Part shown: positions 45,297-57,900 of the stretch, one piece after another
How positions within the stretch are numbered: the stretch's first letter is position 1
How the letters are laid out: every line of letters starts with the position of its first letter
Origin: Heteronotia binoei
Lineage: Eukaryota
Assembly (NCBI RefSeq): GCF_032191835.1
Contig: NC_083227.1
Coordinates: forward strand, 41,354,001 to 41,418,000
DNA length: 64,000 bases
Direction: 5' to 3'
Notes under the pieces: generated by a model
The model's input: the letters and a program-made list of their open reading frames with translations, nothing else
Told to the model about the DNA's origin: nothing
Database searches by the model: none
Program-made: the position numbers and the translations under genes

Positions 45297-48058
45297 GTGT
45301 AACGTACTCGAAGCGGAGACGAGAGTAGGGCAACATGGTTTATTAGGAGCACGTTGCAAGAGAGCGAACACGCGGGCCGGGTCCCGCTTATGTACAATCC
45401 CGGGTACAGCCTACTGGGTTGGTTGGGCCAATCCAGCCCCGTTGAACTTCCCGCCACAGCTGGAGATAGGCGGGGACAGGCTCCCGGCGCTGGGGCTCCT
45501 GGAACTGCCCAGTTGCCCCCCCCGTCGGGTCGCATGACATTTCTTGATACACTACAGTGTGCGTTCCCTCTGTCGACCTGGGGCTCTAGGGAGAGCTGGT
45601 TGAGTCTCCTGATATGGCTGGCAACGAGCTACCCAGGACTCAATGGCATCATCGATCCCTGGTCACGAGACATAATTGCGGGCTAGCACCTTCATGCACA
45701 CAATACTGGGGTGTGTCTCGTGTAGTTAATTGAGGACCCGCTGCCTTAAAACCAGGGGTACCACCACCCTGTTTTCCCACGACAGACACCCCTTGTGTAC
45801 AGACAATTCGTCCCAGCAGGATACAAACGCAGAGAATTCAGATTCCACCCAGCCCGCCGGCCATCCCCTCCACACCCATTCCAGGATCCGCGAGAGGGTC
45901 TTGTCTTTCCTAGAGCATCGGGCAATGTCTGTAGTGTGTATCGGGCGGTCTGGAAGGAACTCCAACTACATGATCTGGTAAACCGGGGCAGGATCTGGGT
46001 CCATGGAAGGCAGTGGCAGTCGGCTCAACATGTCCTTGTGGCCCATCGCCTTTCCCAGTCGGTAGCACAGGCCATACTGGTACCCCACAAGAAAGATGGA
46101 CCACTGCAAGACCCCCGGTGAAAGCATTTGCAGTGTCTGGCGATCAGGGGCAAACAGTCCTAGCAAGGGCTTGTGGTCTGTGTGTATAGTGAAGAGTTGG
46201 CCATACAAATAGTCATGAAATTTCTTTACTCCTGCAACTATAGTCAGACCCTCCTTGTCAATCTGCGCATAGTTGCGCTCCGGCTTTTGCAAAGTTTGGG
46301 AATAGTAAGCCACTGGGACCTCCCGGCCATCCGGCAGCATGTGAGCTAAGACCACCCCCACCCGTATGATGGCGCATCGCAGGCCAAGACGACTGGCAGC
46401 CGCTCGTCAAAGTGCGCCAGCAAGTTGTTGGAAGTCAAAAAGTCCTTTACCGCCTGAAACGCCAAGGCTTGCCAGCGACCCCAAACCCATGGGGCCCTTT
46501 TGTCCAGTAGGCGGTGCAGAGGTTCCGCTACTGCTGCCTTGTGGGGAAGGAAGGTGTGGTAGAAATTTAGAAGTCCCCAAAATGATTGTAATTCTGCCTT
46601 GTTCCTGGGGGCCGGTGCATCGCAAATCGCCCTGATTTTGTCCCTTGCCAGGTGAATCCCTTGCTCATCCACCGTGTACCTCAGGAAGTCAATGCTGGTA
46701 ACCCCCAATTCACATTTCTCTCTCTTGACCTTCAACCCCGCCCCGTCAAACCTCTGTAATACTGCTCAGAGAAAGGATGCGACTTCCTCCTCCATGGCTG
46801 CGGCGATCAGCACATCATCGAAGAATGGCTGGACTCTGGGAATGCCTTTAAGGAGAGAGTCCATTAAGTTCTGGAAGATCCCTGGGGCCATGCTGACGCC
46901 GAACTGCAGCCGTTTGACCCTGAAAGCCCCCCGTGTGTGACGATAGTCTGTGCGTCTGCCACTGGTTCCTGTACCTCTTGAGCCACGAGGCGGTCCAAAT
47001 CCTCCTCTATCTTGGGCTTTAGCGCCAGGGGCACCCGCCGGGCCTTCAGTCTAATAGGCTGCACATTGGGATCCATTTGTAGGGTCACTAGTTCTCCCGT
47101 GTATGTACCCAGGTTGCCATCGAAAACGGCGGGGAATTCTTCGCACACCCTCTGGTAATTAGTCTGGGAGGGCGTGGGTGTGTGATGGATGCCGGTTACC
47201 CAGATTCCCAGGGCCTTGAACCAGGACCGCCCCAGTAGACTGCACAGGTCCCCCTCAACTACTATCAGGGGCAGCCAGCCAGAAACTGGCCATATTTGAT
47301 ATGGACATTTCGTATTCCCAGTACTGCGACCTCCCTCTTCTAAAAGTCTCAGACTATGAAGGGGGATGGGCTTCCCTCCCTGGGCACAGTTCCCTGAATT
47401 TCTGGGCCAATATTACCGTCTGGCCTGCCCCCGAGTCAACTTCCATCTGGCAGGGCCTGCCCACTATGAGCACAGTCACCTTGTACTTGCCCGGAGAGGG
47501 CATGGGAAGCTGACATACCTGGTCCCTCACCTCGGTGAGCGCCTGGATGTCCTCCATGAGTGTGACCTCGTGGTGGCGGCCATCTTTCTGTCGCGGTTTT
47601 CCGCCAGGGCGCAGCAACTTCGATTGGCACACCCGTGCGAGGTGCTTTGTTTTTCCACACGTGTGGCAGTGTTCTGGAACTTGCAGGAACGGCACTTGTG
47701 GGCTTCCCCGCAGCTGGCACATCCTTCCGTCTGGGTAGGGTCAGTGGCACGTGGCTGTTGGCGCTTCGGGGCCTGGCGTGTCTGAAGTGCATCTTCCTTG
47801 CCAGAGTCTTCCAAGTTGGACCCGCTGGCGACCTGGTTCGTTGCAGTGGTACGCCGCTCCCTATGCCACTTCTCATAGGTGGCCGCCTCATCCAGGGCAT
47901 TCGCCAGCGTAAGCTTCTTGTGTCTTGTCAGTTTGGCCTGTAGCTTCTCGTTGCGGAGGCCCGCCACGAAACAGCACAGCAGCGCTTTGGTGGTATTCTA
48001 GTCTCAGGGCCGTTAGCGTAGTTCTGGGTGAGAAATGCTCGATGAGCCTCTCCATGAT

Positions 48059-48607
48059 AGTAATAATAATTTTTAATTTATATCCCGCCCTCTCCGCCGA
48101 AGCAGGCTCAGGGAGGCTTACATGACATAAATACATCATTACAGTAGTACAGCAATAAAATTCATAGCAATTAAAAGTACAATTACATTTAAAACAGCAT
48201 TTAAACTAATAATTTAAACCCACAGTATGATATGGTGCTACAGTCTTGGTATATGCATATAAACATAGTTTTCATGACGATGATACAATGGTTCCATCTT
48301 AAAAGGCCAGCTGGAAGAGGATGGTCTTGCAGGCCTGGCGGAACTGATTAAGGCTCTGCACGGCCCGCACCTCTTCTGGTAGCTGGTTCCACCAGTGGGG
48401 TGCTGTAATCAAGAAGGCCCGCTCCCTTGACACTTTTAGTTTGGCCTCCTTTGGCCCAGGGATTTTCAGCAGATTTAGTGAGCTAGATCTCAGTACTCTC
48501 TGGGGAACATATGGGGGAGAGACGGTCCCTAAGGTAGGCAGGTCCTCAGCCATATAGGGCTTTAAAGGTAATAACCAGCACCTTGTAACGAACTCGGTAC
48601 ACAATTG
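48059..48607 (-). mobile_element. L2 3' fragment inserted in gag of Gypsy A
   Basis: L2 ORF2 end (YRVRYKVLVITFKALYG..GPAYL) and tail, flanked by TGAT duplicated at 48055-48058 / 48608-48611. Removing it restores ...TTYKVIMERLIEHFS. Confidence 0.88.
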
Positions 48608-49733
48608 TGATGACCTTATATGTAGTGGCGTCATCGGTTAGCCGCACTGGTGACATCAGGTTCTCAGCCAGCGCCAGCGTGTCTTCTCCGCAGAGGCTGA
48701 GCAAAAGCTATTTCTGCTTCCGCTCGTTTGTGATGTCGTGGTGGAGGAGGTAGAAGTTGAGCCTTTTCTCCCATCTCTCCGGTTGGTTGGGATCGAACTC
48801 CGGTAGTTGCCCATGGGGGCCAGATGCCACAGCCTGGTCGGGGCTGGCCCTCGGAGGAGCCATTTCAGTGGTGCTGGCGGAGCTGGAAGCTTGGGTCTGA
48901 CTCATCTCTTGTCCTGGTGTGGCAACCTTCGTTAGCAATGGCGGTGCGATGCGTGGAGCTGGACAGCAGCTGTGAGGTGCGGTGCATGCCAGTTGCCGGG
49001 TTGCCTACCAGGATCCCATCCTCGTACCTACTATAATATAGTGGATTTAAAACATTGCAGAGAGGAGATCATAGTGAGGACAGTTCTTTATTAGGGGCAG
49101 CATGGTGATGGCTGCTTCCACAAAAGACTAAGGACTTGTGGGCCAAACCTATATACAGCTCTAATCTCCCACGCTAGCTTGCCATTGGTTCATTCAAACA
49201 GGCAGGGGTCTGTGATTGGTGCAGGGCAGCAGGTATTTGGATCCCACTACCCATTGTTATACAGTCCCCAAGCTCTGCTTTCCTGGCTCCAATGAGCCGG
49301 CAGGAAGTACATACTTTAAGGCACATACATAACAACATGGGTCTTTTTCACACAGGGTAAGTATTCCAAAATGACTGCTGGCCAGTTACTGCCCAGTAAC
49401 GGGTTTCTTCTGTCATTTCAGACAGACCCATTATAGTAACTGGCTGCTGCTGGAATACTTTTACCTTTTCAGACTACCCTGGAGCTGTCCCAGTAGCGGG
49501 GCGTGCCTGAGGCATCATTATTGAAGACTGCTTCCATGTGGTTTTCAATGCCTTCTCTGAGATCTGAATTGCTACAGCAGGCTGAGAAATGCCCCATAGT
49601 ACTTCCGGGAGCGCCAGTGGTTTTTGCACCCTTTTTTGCCAGCTGGCACAGGATCTCTGCTTTTCTTTTTTTTAAAAAAAAAATTGGTCTAAGAGCGCCA
49701 GCCTAGGCTCCACAGAGATGCAGCAGCACCCAA

Positions 49734-49851
49734 TCTCCCTATTCTGTCCTATGAGCACTAAGGAGACAATGGAGTGCATTCTACCCTATGGGCCCATAGA
49801 ACAGAATGATCTCCATTGTCTCCTATGGGCCCATAGGATAGAATGGGAAGA
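49734..49851. repeat. ~118-bp imperfect palindrome made of self-palindromic units
   Basis: Centred on GGGCCC (49790-49795), with arms pairing over most of 59 bp. A second CTATGGGCCCATAG unit lies at 49823-49836. Confidence 0.8.
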
Positions 49852-51599
49852 TTTAAAGTTTAAACCCCTTCTCTAGGGTCACCTGGTTCAACTGGATGTG
49901 AGGTGGGAAGAGAGCTTGCTGTCATCCAGAATCTTCCTCAGACACAGCCTCTTGATTGGTTGGAAAGGGTCGAGGTCTATGGCCTGCATTTCTATAAAAT
50001 ATAGTCTCCACCAGTGCCCAAACTGGCTCTTTTACACATATTGTGCAGCTCCCAGAGTCTTAAGTGCTGACCCAGATAGGTGACTACTTCCGCTGTGTGT
50101 GTGGTGGGAAAGGAAGGTAAAAATAGGCAGACTTGCAAGCTCTTCTCCTCCACCACTGATGTTGGCCACAGATCTAGAGTGGGGAAAGATGTGCAAGAAC
50201 CAAGGGAGCCACTGGAAGGAGAGGTGGAATTAAAGAGGGCAGTGCAGTGTCCCCTCTTAGTTTCGTAGCTCTTGTAGGAGCTGTATTTACTAACCCTGGT
50301 GTCAAGGCAAAGAAAGATGCATAATAATGCAAATGGTGGTCAGTGATTTATATGGTACATGCATTTCCTTCTCCCACCAGTGGCAAAAATAATCCCTAAC
50401 CTTTTCCTTATGTTAGTCTTATGGGGGCTGCCCTTCCCAGCTTTTGTTTAAAAAAAGTCTCCTCCTAGCTTGGTGATGTTGTAAAGTGCATACATATTTT
50501 ATCTTTCTGTGCAAAGAAAGTATTAGGAGCTTTAATAAAGACGTGTCTGTATATTTGTTTATGTCTTGCGGCTCTCAAACATCTGACATTTATTCTATGT
50601 GGCTCTTACATAAAGCAAGTTTGGCCACCTTTGGTCTACAATCAATGCCAGACCATACCCCCTTACCGCATTCTACCTTCCTGCTCATATTTGTGTTACC
50701 TGCTTTGCTTCATGGAGTTATGCTGTTGTAAACTGGATTGACTAAAGCTGTGGATGGTGCTGTGTATCAAGAGAGCTAATCTTCTTGTTTTCGGTGTACT
50801 TAGAACTGCCACTGTACTATATTGTTTTTAAAATCTTTTTCTTCAATCTTTTCAATAAAGTTTTCTTTTATGATGTGTTGCTGTGAGTTCTCAGGCAAAA
50901 CCCCTGGTAAATTTGGCTATGTTCCGCAGAGGGGCTTGTTCCGCAGACTCAGGTCAGAGACAAGGGAACAAAACTCTCAGACCGAGGAAGGTCAGCCTTG
51001 ATAGTAGGGTGAGCCACAAGGGGAAAAGCATTCCAAAGGAGAGAAGCCACCACTGAGAAAGCCCCGTTTTTGTTAACCACTGACCTCACCTCTGAAAGCA
51101 GATCAGAGCTAAGTATATTGCATGTGCACTGGCTTGGGGTGCAGGCATGGCTTTCTCTGTGAATCAAATCACCCACAGCCAGTTTGATGCAAGGGCAAAG
51201 GAGGCAGGGAATGAATACAGCCTGGTCCAAAATTCAGCTGAGCCATTGGACAGCACTACGCCAACCATCAGAACCAGCTCCCCTCAAGCCTACAGCACTG
51301 GGATAATAACACTGCCCCTACCTTATGTGGCTGTTGTGCTGAGATTATTTAAGTGAAGTGATTTGCAGGTTTAGAAAAAATGCTCTATAAATGCTAAGTA
51401 CTGTTACAGGGAGCTCCATTCCTCTTCATCTTGCGCCATATGTAAATAAACCAATTTTAATAATCCTAGTTTCCCCTTCCCGGGGGCTGTGAAGATTCCA
51501 TGAGCTACCCGAAAGTATTATATAAATGCTAATTGCTATCTCTTGCAGGCTTTAAGCAACGTACTTGAAGAAGCACCGTGCTTCTCCTAATCAGTAGTA

Positions 51600-52380
51600 C
51601 GTATTTAATAACTGCACTACCAGCGTGCCTGACACTTTCCAACGCAGCAACGAAGCCTGGAGAGAATTCTGCCGCTCCTTTTGTTTATAGGAGATGGCGC
51701 CTTGATTTCAAAGAACCTTCCTGTTCTGTAGCTCCTCCGTAGTCCACTGTGCTCAGGTTCCGGTGAATTCCTAGTGGTCCAAAGAGGAACCGGTTCTCAT
51801 TGATCAAAAATATCTCCTCCTTATGGCTTCTAAGTAGTCTAACATCTCCGCTTAGCCTTCTACCCGACACTGGGATTATGCGGTGCTTAAAAGGGACAAT
51901 TTTTCTCCTTTCCCTAAGCCATCCGGGCAAGGAGCAAATGTTTTCCTTCTTGCTTCTGACCATCGCTGTAGCCAATCCTGTAGTCTTGCAAGACTTCTCA
52001 TCTTCGTTGAGCGCACAAGCAGATCTCAGTACCCGAAGAAAAGGAAACGCCTCCATCCGGAAGCACAAGAGAGTTCTTTAGTTTCCGCCACCCCTTCATC
52101 CTCTTGCAAAGCTGATCGAAAACTGTACAGAGCCCTCTGCTGACCACAGCCGGTAGTCGAATGGGAAAGGAGAGCGGACGAGAATAAAACCGCCTTCCTT
52201 CGAGCACGTGTCTTATTCGACAACGAAGGCAGTTACTGTAGAGGCGTATTATTACTTCAATTAAGGCCGGTTTGCCGTGTCGGAATGAGCCATTCACAAG
52301 ATGAAGCATCTTAGGGCCTAATTTCTCACGGCACATTAAATTTTAATTTATTCGTGGATCGAAGGGCATACTTAACAAGC
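51600..52380. promoter_or_regulatory. Orphan CpG-rich island
   Basis: Frequent CpG at moderate GC content and a YY1-like AGATGGCGCC at ~51692. No recognisable protein in the short ORFs. Confidence 0.35.
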
Positions 52381-52593
52381 ACTCCCCTTTGTGGCTCACA
52401 ATTAAAGCCGCAAAATAATTCAGATTTTTTTTAAAAAATCTAAATAAAACGCTTGCTGTTCAATCCCCATTAAAAGCCAAAGCAAGTGAAGCAGAGTTTG
52501 TAGCACCTCATACAAACAATACTTTTAAAAATATGTACATCTCATATACTAAAACATCTTATACAAGAGTCTCTAAGCCTTGCTCTAGAAGAA

Positions 52594-53108
52594 CAGGGGT
52601 GGCTAAACTGTGGCTTTAGAACCACATTTGGCTCTTTCACACATATTGTGTGGCTCTCAAAGGCCCCACCACACCCTCAGCCAGCTAGGAGACCTTATTT
52701 CTCTCTTTCAGGGTTTGCTTTGTAGAAAAAGCCCAAAAGGAACTCAATTGCAAATTAGATCACACCCCCTGACATCACCATTGTTTTACACAGGGTGCTT
52801 TTGTAGAAAAAGTCCAGCAGGAACTCATTTGCATATTAGGCCACACCCCTGGACACCAAGCCAGTTGGAACTGTGTTCCTGTGTGTTCTTGCTAAAAAAA
52901 AAAGCCCTGCTCTCTTTAAATCACTTCTCCAAGCCAAACCAGCTGGTGGCTTGGAAAACGTATTTAAAGTTAAAGTTGCTTTCTTACCACCTTTCCTCCT
53001 TCCCACCTCCCCCATCTATTTGCCTGCCTGCCTTACTGTCTTGCAGGTCTGAAACATCTGATGTTTATTCTGTGTGGCTCTTACATTAAGCAAGTTTGGC
53101 CACCCCTG
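52594..53108. mobile_element. Charlie-like hAT MITE with a nested CAGGGCTTTTT-type MITE (52709-52909)
   Basis: Outer TIRs CAGGGGTGGC with CTCTAGAA on both sides (the left copy is offset by 3 bp). The inner element has a perfect 8-bp TSD CTCTCTTT. Confidence 0.8.
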
Positions 53109-55000
53109 CTCTAGAATAAACAAAGTTCATGTCATGTTAGGGCTAGTCTGAGGACACTGAGTTTACCTATACATGTAAGTGCAGACAAGTCCCAACCAAT
53201 TTATGGGGCTTTCAAGGCAAGTGAGAAGCAGAGGTGGTTTGCCTTTTGCCTCTGTCAAGACCCAGACCTGGGCCTCCTCTGAGTCACTGTGCCTTTGACT
53301 AGCCAGCAGTGCTCATATTTGTGGGTCCTTGAAGCTAGTGCACACAAGAAACCAGGCCTTTTCTTAAAATAATAGGAAATAGGTGTGCTTAACAGGAATA
53401 GATAACACTACTGGGCAGCATAGTCTACTTAGTCAAACAACACCAAAATAATAAAAGCTGACTTCCATGCCATATGCATTAATACCTGATGGATGACACA
53501 GCTGCAGAGTTTCATTGTCCAAAATCAGAAGTTTATGTATGCCTTTGGCGAATGCTTCCAGTAAACCAACAATCCCCTCCCCCTGGTTAATCTCTAGCCC
53601 AGTTATACCTCCCCCCGCCCCCCGCCCACAGTGTCAGATGAAATTTCAGATCCAACCAGAGCTCATATTCAGAGGAATTCTCTAGAAAGTTACATCATTG
53701 TTCCTACTCCCGCCTCTCCTTCAGGCCTCATTTTTGGCAGGAGCAGAATTCCGGAACCTCTAAATTTTATTGTGCTCTTTCTTGCTTACCCCCCCTCCCC
53801 AATACTTGCTTCTGGCCTCCATTGTTCAAACCCCCTGTGAGAATTTTGCTGAACTCTTTGCTGAAGATTTGATAAACTTTCTAATATTTTCCCACAAAAA
53901 AGGGGGAAATAACCAAAACATATAAACAGACAGATGTAACTCTTCATCATGCCACTATGGCCACATAGGAGAAAGTAATTTTAAAAATATGATGGGAGTA
54001 AGGCTTTATTATGACAATTGTAATTTAAGAAGCATTTAAAGTAGATGCTGAGCTGATATAATTAAGTACACCTTCCGTTGATGTCAGAGGTGTGTGGCAA
54101 TGGCATATGCAAATGAGTTGTGCTAATGAGCTCTGGCACCTCTTTTTCTATTAAATGACCCTCCCATTTCACAGCTCCTGAGGTTTGTTTGTTTTTTTAA
54201 GCCTAATTACCATTGGTTCTAGCCTTCAATGAGTTAAGAGTCTGTGGACATAACAGCTTAATTGCAAACACTTGCAAAGCTGGAATAGGTTCACCCTTGA
54301 AAGGAGACAAGTTGCTTTGCTGAAGAGGCAGGTGGGGAGGTGTCTCCCAACTCACTTCCAAGATCTGACAAAATCTGATTAGATAATGCTGCGTTCCTTC
54401 CTACACTGATCTTGGGACACTGGCAAGTAGAACAGACACATCTTTAAATTGTGCATTTTATTGCTACACAGGCTAGAGACCACTTTGTCAAATGCAAGAA
54501 TTTAGTCCTCAGTCAGTACATACAAGTATCATATTGTATAATGTCAATATTTATATTATAGATTATATCTGTATTTATATCATAGGTAAATTACATTATA
54601 CATTGATTGAAGAATAGCTTCACCAATTTAAGAAAGTGGGCCTTAGGCCACAAAAGCTTATGTCACAGCAAATCAGTTAGCCTGTTAATGAGTACTAATA
54701 ATCTATGGAACTGAATCCTTATCCTCCCTCTCTTATAGGGTTGCCAGCTCCAGGTTGGGCAATGCCTCGAGATTTGGTGGGTGGCGCCTGAGGAGGGCAG
54801 AGTTTAGGGAGGGGAGGGACCTCAGCAGAGTACCGTGCCATAGAGTCCACCTTCCAAAGTGGCCATTTTCTCCAGGTCAACTGATCTCTGTTGCCTGGAG
54901 ATCAAGTATAATCCCAGGGGATTTCCAGCAACCACCCAGAGGTTGGCAGCTCTACTCTCCTGCATCCATATAGATGGTTCTAAATTCTGGATGGTGCTAT

Positions 55001-55191
55001 CAGGGCTTTTTTGAGCAGGAACACCCAGGAACGTAATTCCGGCTGGCTTGGCGCCAGGGGGTGTGGCCTAATATGCAAATAAGGTCCTGCTGAGCTTTTT
55101 CTACAAAAAGCCCTATGTGAAACAATGGTGATGTCAGGTTGTGGCCTGATATGCAAATGAGTTCCTGGTGGTTTTTTTCTACAAAGCCCTG
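55001..55191. mobile_element. hAT-type MITE (TIR CAGGGCTTT) with two octamer motifs
   Basis: 8-bp TSD GGTGCTAT, with ATGCAAAT at 55073 and 55151. Confidence 0.85.
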
Positions 55192-57199
55192 GGTGCTATC
55201 TGAAGGTTTCTAAATTCTGGAAGGCATTCTTCAGCATGGGACAAGTTGAAGGGGTATATACTGGTATGGGCATTGTAGAATTAGAACAGTACCAAAATGG
55301 AACCTCTGTGCATCCTGATTGCACAGATGTCCACTCTCTGTGCTGCTTTCTGTGTAGACAGCAAAATTAGGAAATCAAATGCTGCGGCCTGTACTTCAGA
55401 CAGCTGTGGGGCGGGCTGCCTTTTTTCCAGTGCCTAAACAAAAATCCATGCAATTAAGGAAAACATCGAAATGCATCTGTTTAGGAAGAGGTCTGGACTA
55501 GAAGTTTCCTTCTTTTTTTGTATTTAAGTGTGTGCGTGAATGCCTGGATGTCATGGTAGATTTTTGGCAACCCCTAGCGGGGTTTGGATGTTCAGAGAGG
55601 TGACTTGCTAACATCTGCATCTGCATCCCGGTATTCCTAGTAGGAGATCTCCCATCCAAGTACTCACCAGGGTGAGATCTGGTGAGACTGGGCTTGCTTC
55701 AGCTGTCCAGGTCAGGGTAGCTAGAAGTTTCCTTCTTGATGTGCTAGATTTCTGCTTGCACGCATTAAATACTGGTGGCGCAATTGGAAGTGGCCACTTT
55801 CCCTCTTATTTGGATATTTCAGTCAATTTTTTATTCCCAAAAGGGACTCAAAATATCATTCTTCCTCCTTCCATTTTATCTTCACAACAAATGTGTTTGA
55901 GTGTGTGACTGGCCCAATATTATCCAGCAAGCTTCTGTGGCTGAAAAGAGTTCTCTACTTTGGTCTCCCAGATTCTTGCCCAGCACTCCAACTGCTATAC
56001 TACACTGACTTCTTCTGCCTGGAATGTCTAAGGTGCAACCCAACAGCAGCACCACCTAGTACTCTTTTGGTCAAACCTATTTTATCATTTCACACAGGAT
56101 GCAAAATTAAAGGTTTAAGACCCAGGCCTAGAACCTCTATCCTCTCCCCTTTAATTAGAGTTGCCAGCCTCCAGGTGGGGTCTGGAGAGCCGGTACCAGA
56201 GACTTGAGCATGTACCCGTTGATCTGTGATTGAATTCTTTGTACTGTGGCTCCAGTTAAAACAGCACTGAGAGAAGACTGACGACGTGTGCACTAAGTGT
56301 TTGTTTACACTTTTTGTGTGTGAGTGATAATTCAACCCCCGGAGAAAAGGGCTGCTTTGAGGGATGGATTCTATGGCATCACAGCATGCTGAGGCCCCTC
56401 CCCTCCCCAAACTCCGCCCTCTCCCAGACCCACCCCCAAAGTCTCCAGCTATTTTCCAACACAGACCTGGCATGGCAACCCTACCTTTAAATGGCTTTTT
56501 AAAAAATCATCTAGCCCGAATAGGGTTGCCAGGTCTGTATTGGAAAATACCTGGAGACTTTGAGGATGGATCTGGGAGACGGCGAGGTTTGGGGAGGGGA
56601 GGGGCCTCAACGTGGTGCAATGCCATAGAATTCACCCTTCAAAGCAGCCATTTTTTCCAGGGAGCTGATCTCTGCCAGCTGGAGATCAGTTGTAAAGTGG
56701 GAGATTTCCAGGCCCCACCTGGAAGCTGACAACTCTAAGCCTGAACAAAAGTTTCAGAGAACTCAAAGCTTGCACACTACCATTATTTTGGTTGGCCTTG
56801 ATGAAATGCGCTATATGGTTAGTTTTACTTTTAAAATACCTGTATAGAACTTGGATAGTTGGTTGTGCTTTAAATATGAGACTGTATTTAAATAATAATA
56901 TGCTCCACCTGCAAAATGATGCCAGCCCTTCAGATAGATCAGGATTTCCCCATCTCATTCCACTTCAGGGATACACTAGGCTTTGTCTACAGTGTTACAC
57001 AGTAGTAAGAGATGCCCCCCCCCTCTTTTTTTAGAGGACATATCCTCTCTTTTTGATGTTTGTCCTCTTTTGGGCTCTTTTAATAAACTAATGAAAATGT
57101 CCTCTTTTTGAGTTGGAAGGTTATTCCTAATTGGTAATTATCACAGTTTAATAGTAGGGTATTTAAAATGAGCTTTGTAAAATGAACTTTAGTTAGCGC

Positions 57200-57900
57200 T
57201 GGTTTGAAGTACTCAGTCGGGAAATCTGTCCTCGTTTTTGCTTTTCAAAATACGGTAACCCTATTAACACGGGAGAGAACCAATACCTGCCCAAAGTCCG
57301 ACCTAACCTTCCAATGCCTCACTGCCTTTTGCTTGGCAACTATTTTTCTCCTGTCGAATCAGACTTTTGCAGCACAAGATTATACAGCTCGTCTGCGACC
57401 AGCAGAGGGCTCCGTTTATTTCCCAACAAGGAAGGAAGACCATCGAGTCCCTCTCTACCCTATTCGGCTACTGAGTCCTACGGCCGAGCTTTAGAAATCC
57501 TACGCTCAAAAGTCTGGAATGGACACTGAATGGTAGCTGGATCCGCTGCCTGCCCTTCTGAAAGCGAGGCAGGAAGCAGTGGCGCTGGGCTTCCTGCCGC
57601 ATACACGATGCCCGACCGAGGTGAGAACTGGTGCAGGCTATTTTTCCTTCCTCCCCTCCGCCGCGGCAGCCATTAACTGGAACAAACGTTTTAGGTGAGG
57701 AAGCCGGGGCGCTTCGAGGATACTCTGTAGGGGGAGCCGCATCCCTACAGAGGGAGGGACCATGGCTTGGTTGTAACATGCAAGCGTCGCAGGTAGAAGA
57801 GCGTTAAGAGGTGACATATCCAGACAGCTGAAACATTAGGGACGTGGGGAAGCCCCCTCTCTCCCTGAAACCTCGCAGAGCTGTCCAGAGTCGACAGTAC
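57200..57900 (+). promoter_or_regulatory. CpG-rich promoter and first exon of ZNF gene 3 (candidate coding micro-segment 57608-57620)
   Basis: CpG-rich, with ACG-ATG CCC GAC CGA G|GTGAGA. The ATG has A at -3 and the phase-1 donor is in frame with the acceptor at 59383. Confidence 0.55.

Larger units (their letters stand above)
40920..45556 (-). mobile_element. Gypsy element B: structurally intact Ty3/Gypsy LTR retrotransposon (4637 bp)
   Basis: 259-bp LTRs (40920-41178 and 45298-45556) that differ at one base (40931 A vs 45309 C), TG...CA ends, 5-bp TSD GTGTG, PBS, PPT and a single ORF. Confidence 0.97.
39624..49334 (-). mobile_element. Gypsy element A (full length, degenerate), host of nested Gypsy B and an L2
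   Basis: LTRs 39624-39930 and 49032-49334 (16 substitutions and one 4-bp indel by manual count), 5-bp TSD ACATG, PPT 39931-39943 and a degenerate PBS at ~49013-49030. Broken gag, PR, RT (PFFDD), RH and IN frames. Confidence 0.92.

Noticed and set aside
44629-48940. env-like or chromodomain additions in the Gypsy elements
   Set aside because: No extra ORF lies between integrase and PPT (the stop codon is 3 nt from the PPT in B), and the integrase C-terminus is a low-complexity Pro-rich tail.
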